Below, one piece after another: positions 63,950-64,000 of a stretch of 64,000 nt of DNA; the stretch's first letter is position 1, and every line of letters starts with the position of its first letter. The notes beneath the pieces were generated by a model, which was given only the letters and a program-made list of their open reading frames with translations, was not told the origin of the DNA and did no database searches. Source of the DNA: a virus (Duplodnaviria; Caudoviricetes); the IMG/VR virus record IMGVR_UViG_3300027766_000001; one strand, 5' to 3'. The translations under genes were made by a program, and so were the position numbers.

Positions 63950-64000
63950 ATGGGTCCGTTCTTTGTTGTTGACTTGCGTGGTTACGCCCCACAGATCACT
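63950..64000 (+). CDS. Partial CDS running off the window
   Basis: GAGG RBS, ATG at 63950, open to the window end. Confidence 0.5.
   Translation, partial: MGPFFVVDLRGYAPQIT

Overview
This window is a 64-kb segment of a phiKZ-like jumbo myophage genome (nucleus-forming Chimalliviridae type). The gene order resembles the Salmonella SPN3US / Erwinia jumbo phage group. Bases 1-40.8 kb and 46.7-48.1 kb hold the virion module: a tape-measure-like giant protein with a GH19 muramidase domain, split virion RNA polymerase beta'/beta subunits, a modular endolysin, prohead protease, tail tube, tail sheath, baseplate-region proteins, large terminase and head/ejection proteins. Accessory hypothetical genes occupy 21-27 kb and 41-59 kb, and tubulin PhuZ is at 60.2-61.2 kb. 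The most unusual region is a non-coding RNA island at about 52-55 kb. It has one canonical tRNA-Tyr(GTA), two tRNA-shaped RNAs with expanded anticodon arms, acceptor-stem-like minihelices, several other stem-closed RNAs, and a type I hammerhead ribozyme candidate with a loop II pseudoknot. The predicted cleavage site is exactly the 5' end of the next stem-closed RNA. Other signals: a conserved TTATGC(C/T)G motif attached to terminators, TATATTAC early promoters, three tandem hairpins with an identical loop, a candidate origin-like gap, unannotated micro-ORFs, and a G/A/S-x-E head-protease processing code. Orthologue names come from recalled motifs and synteny, not database searches. RNA folds were paired by eye.
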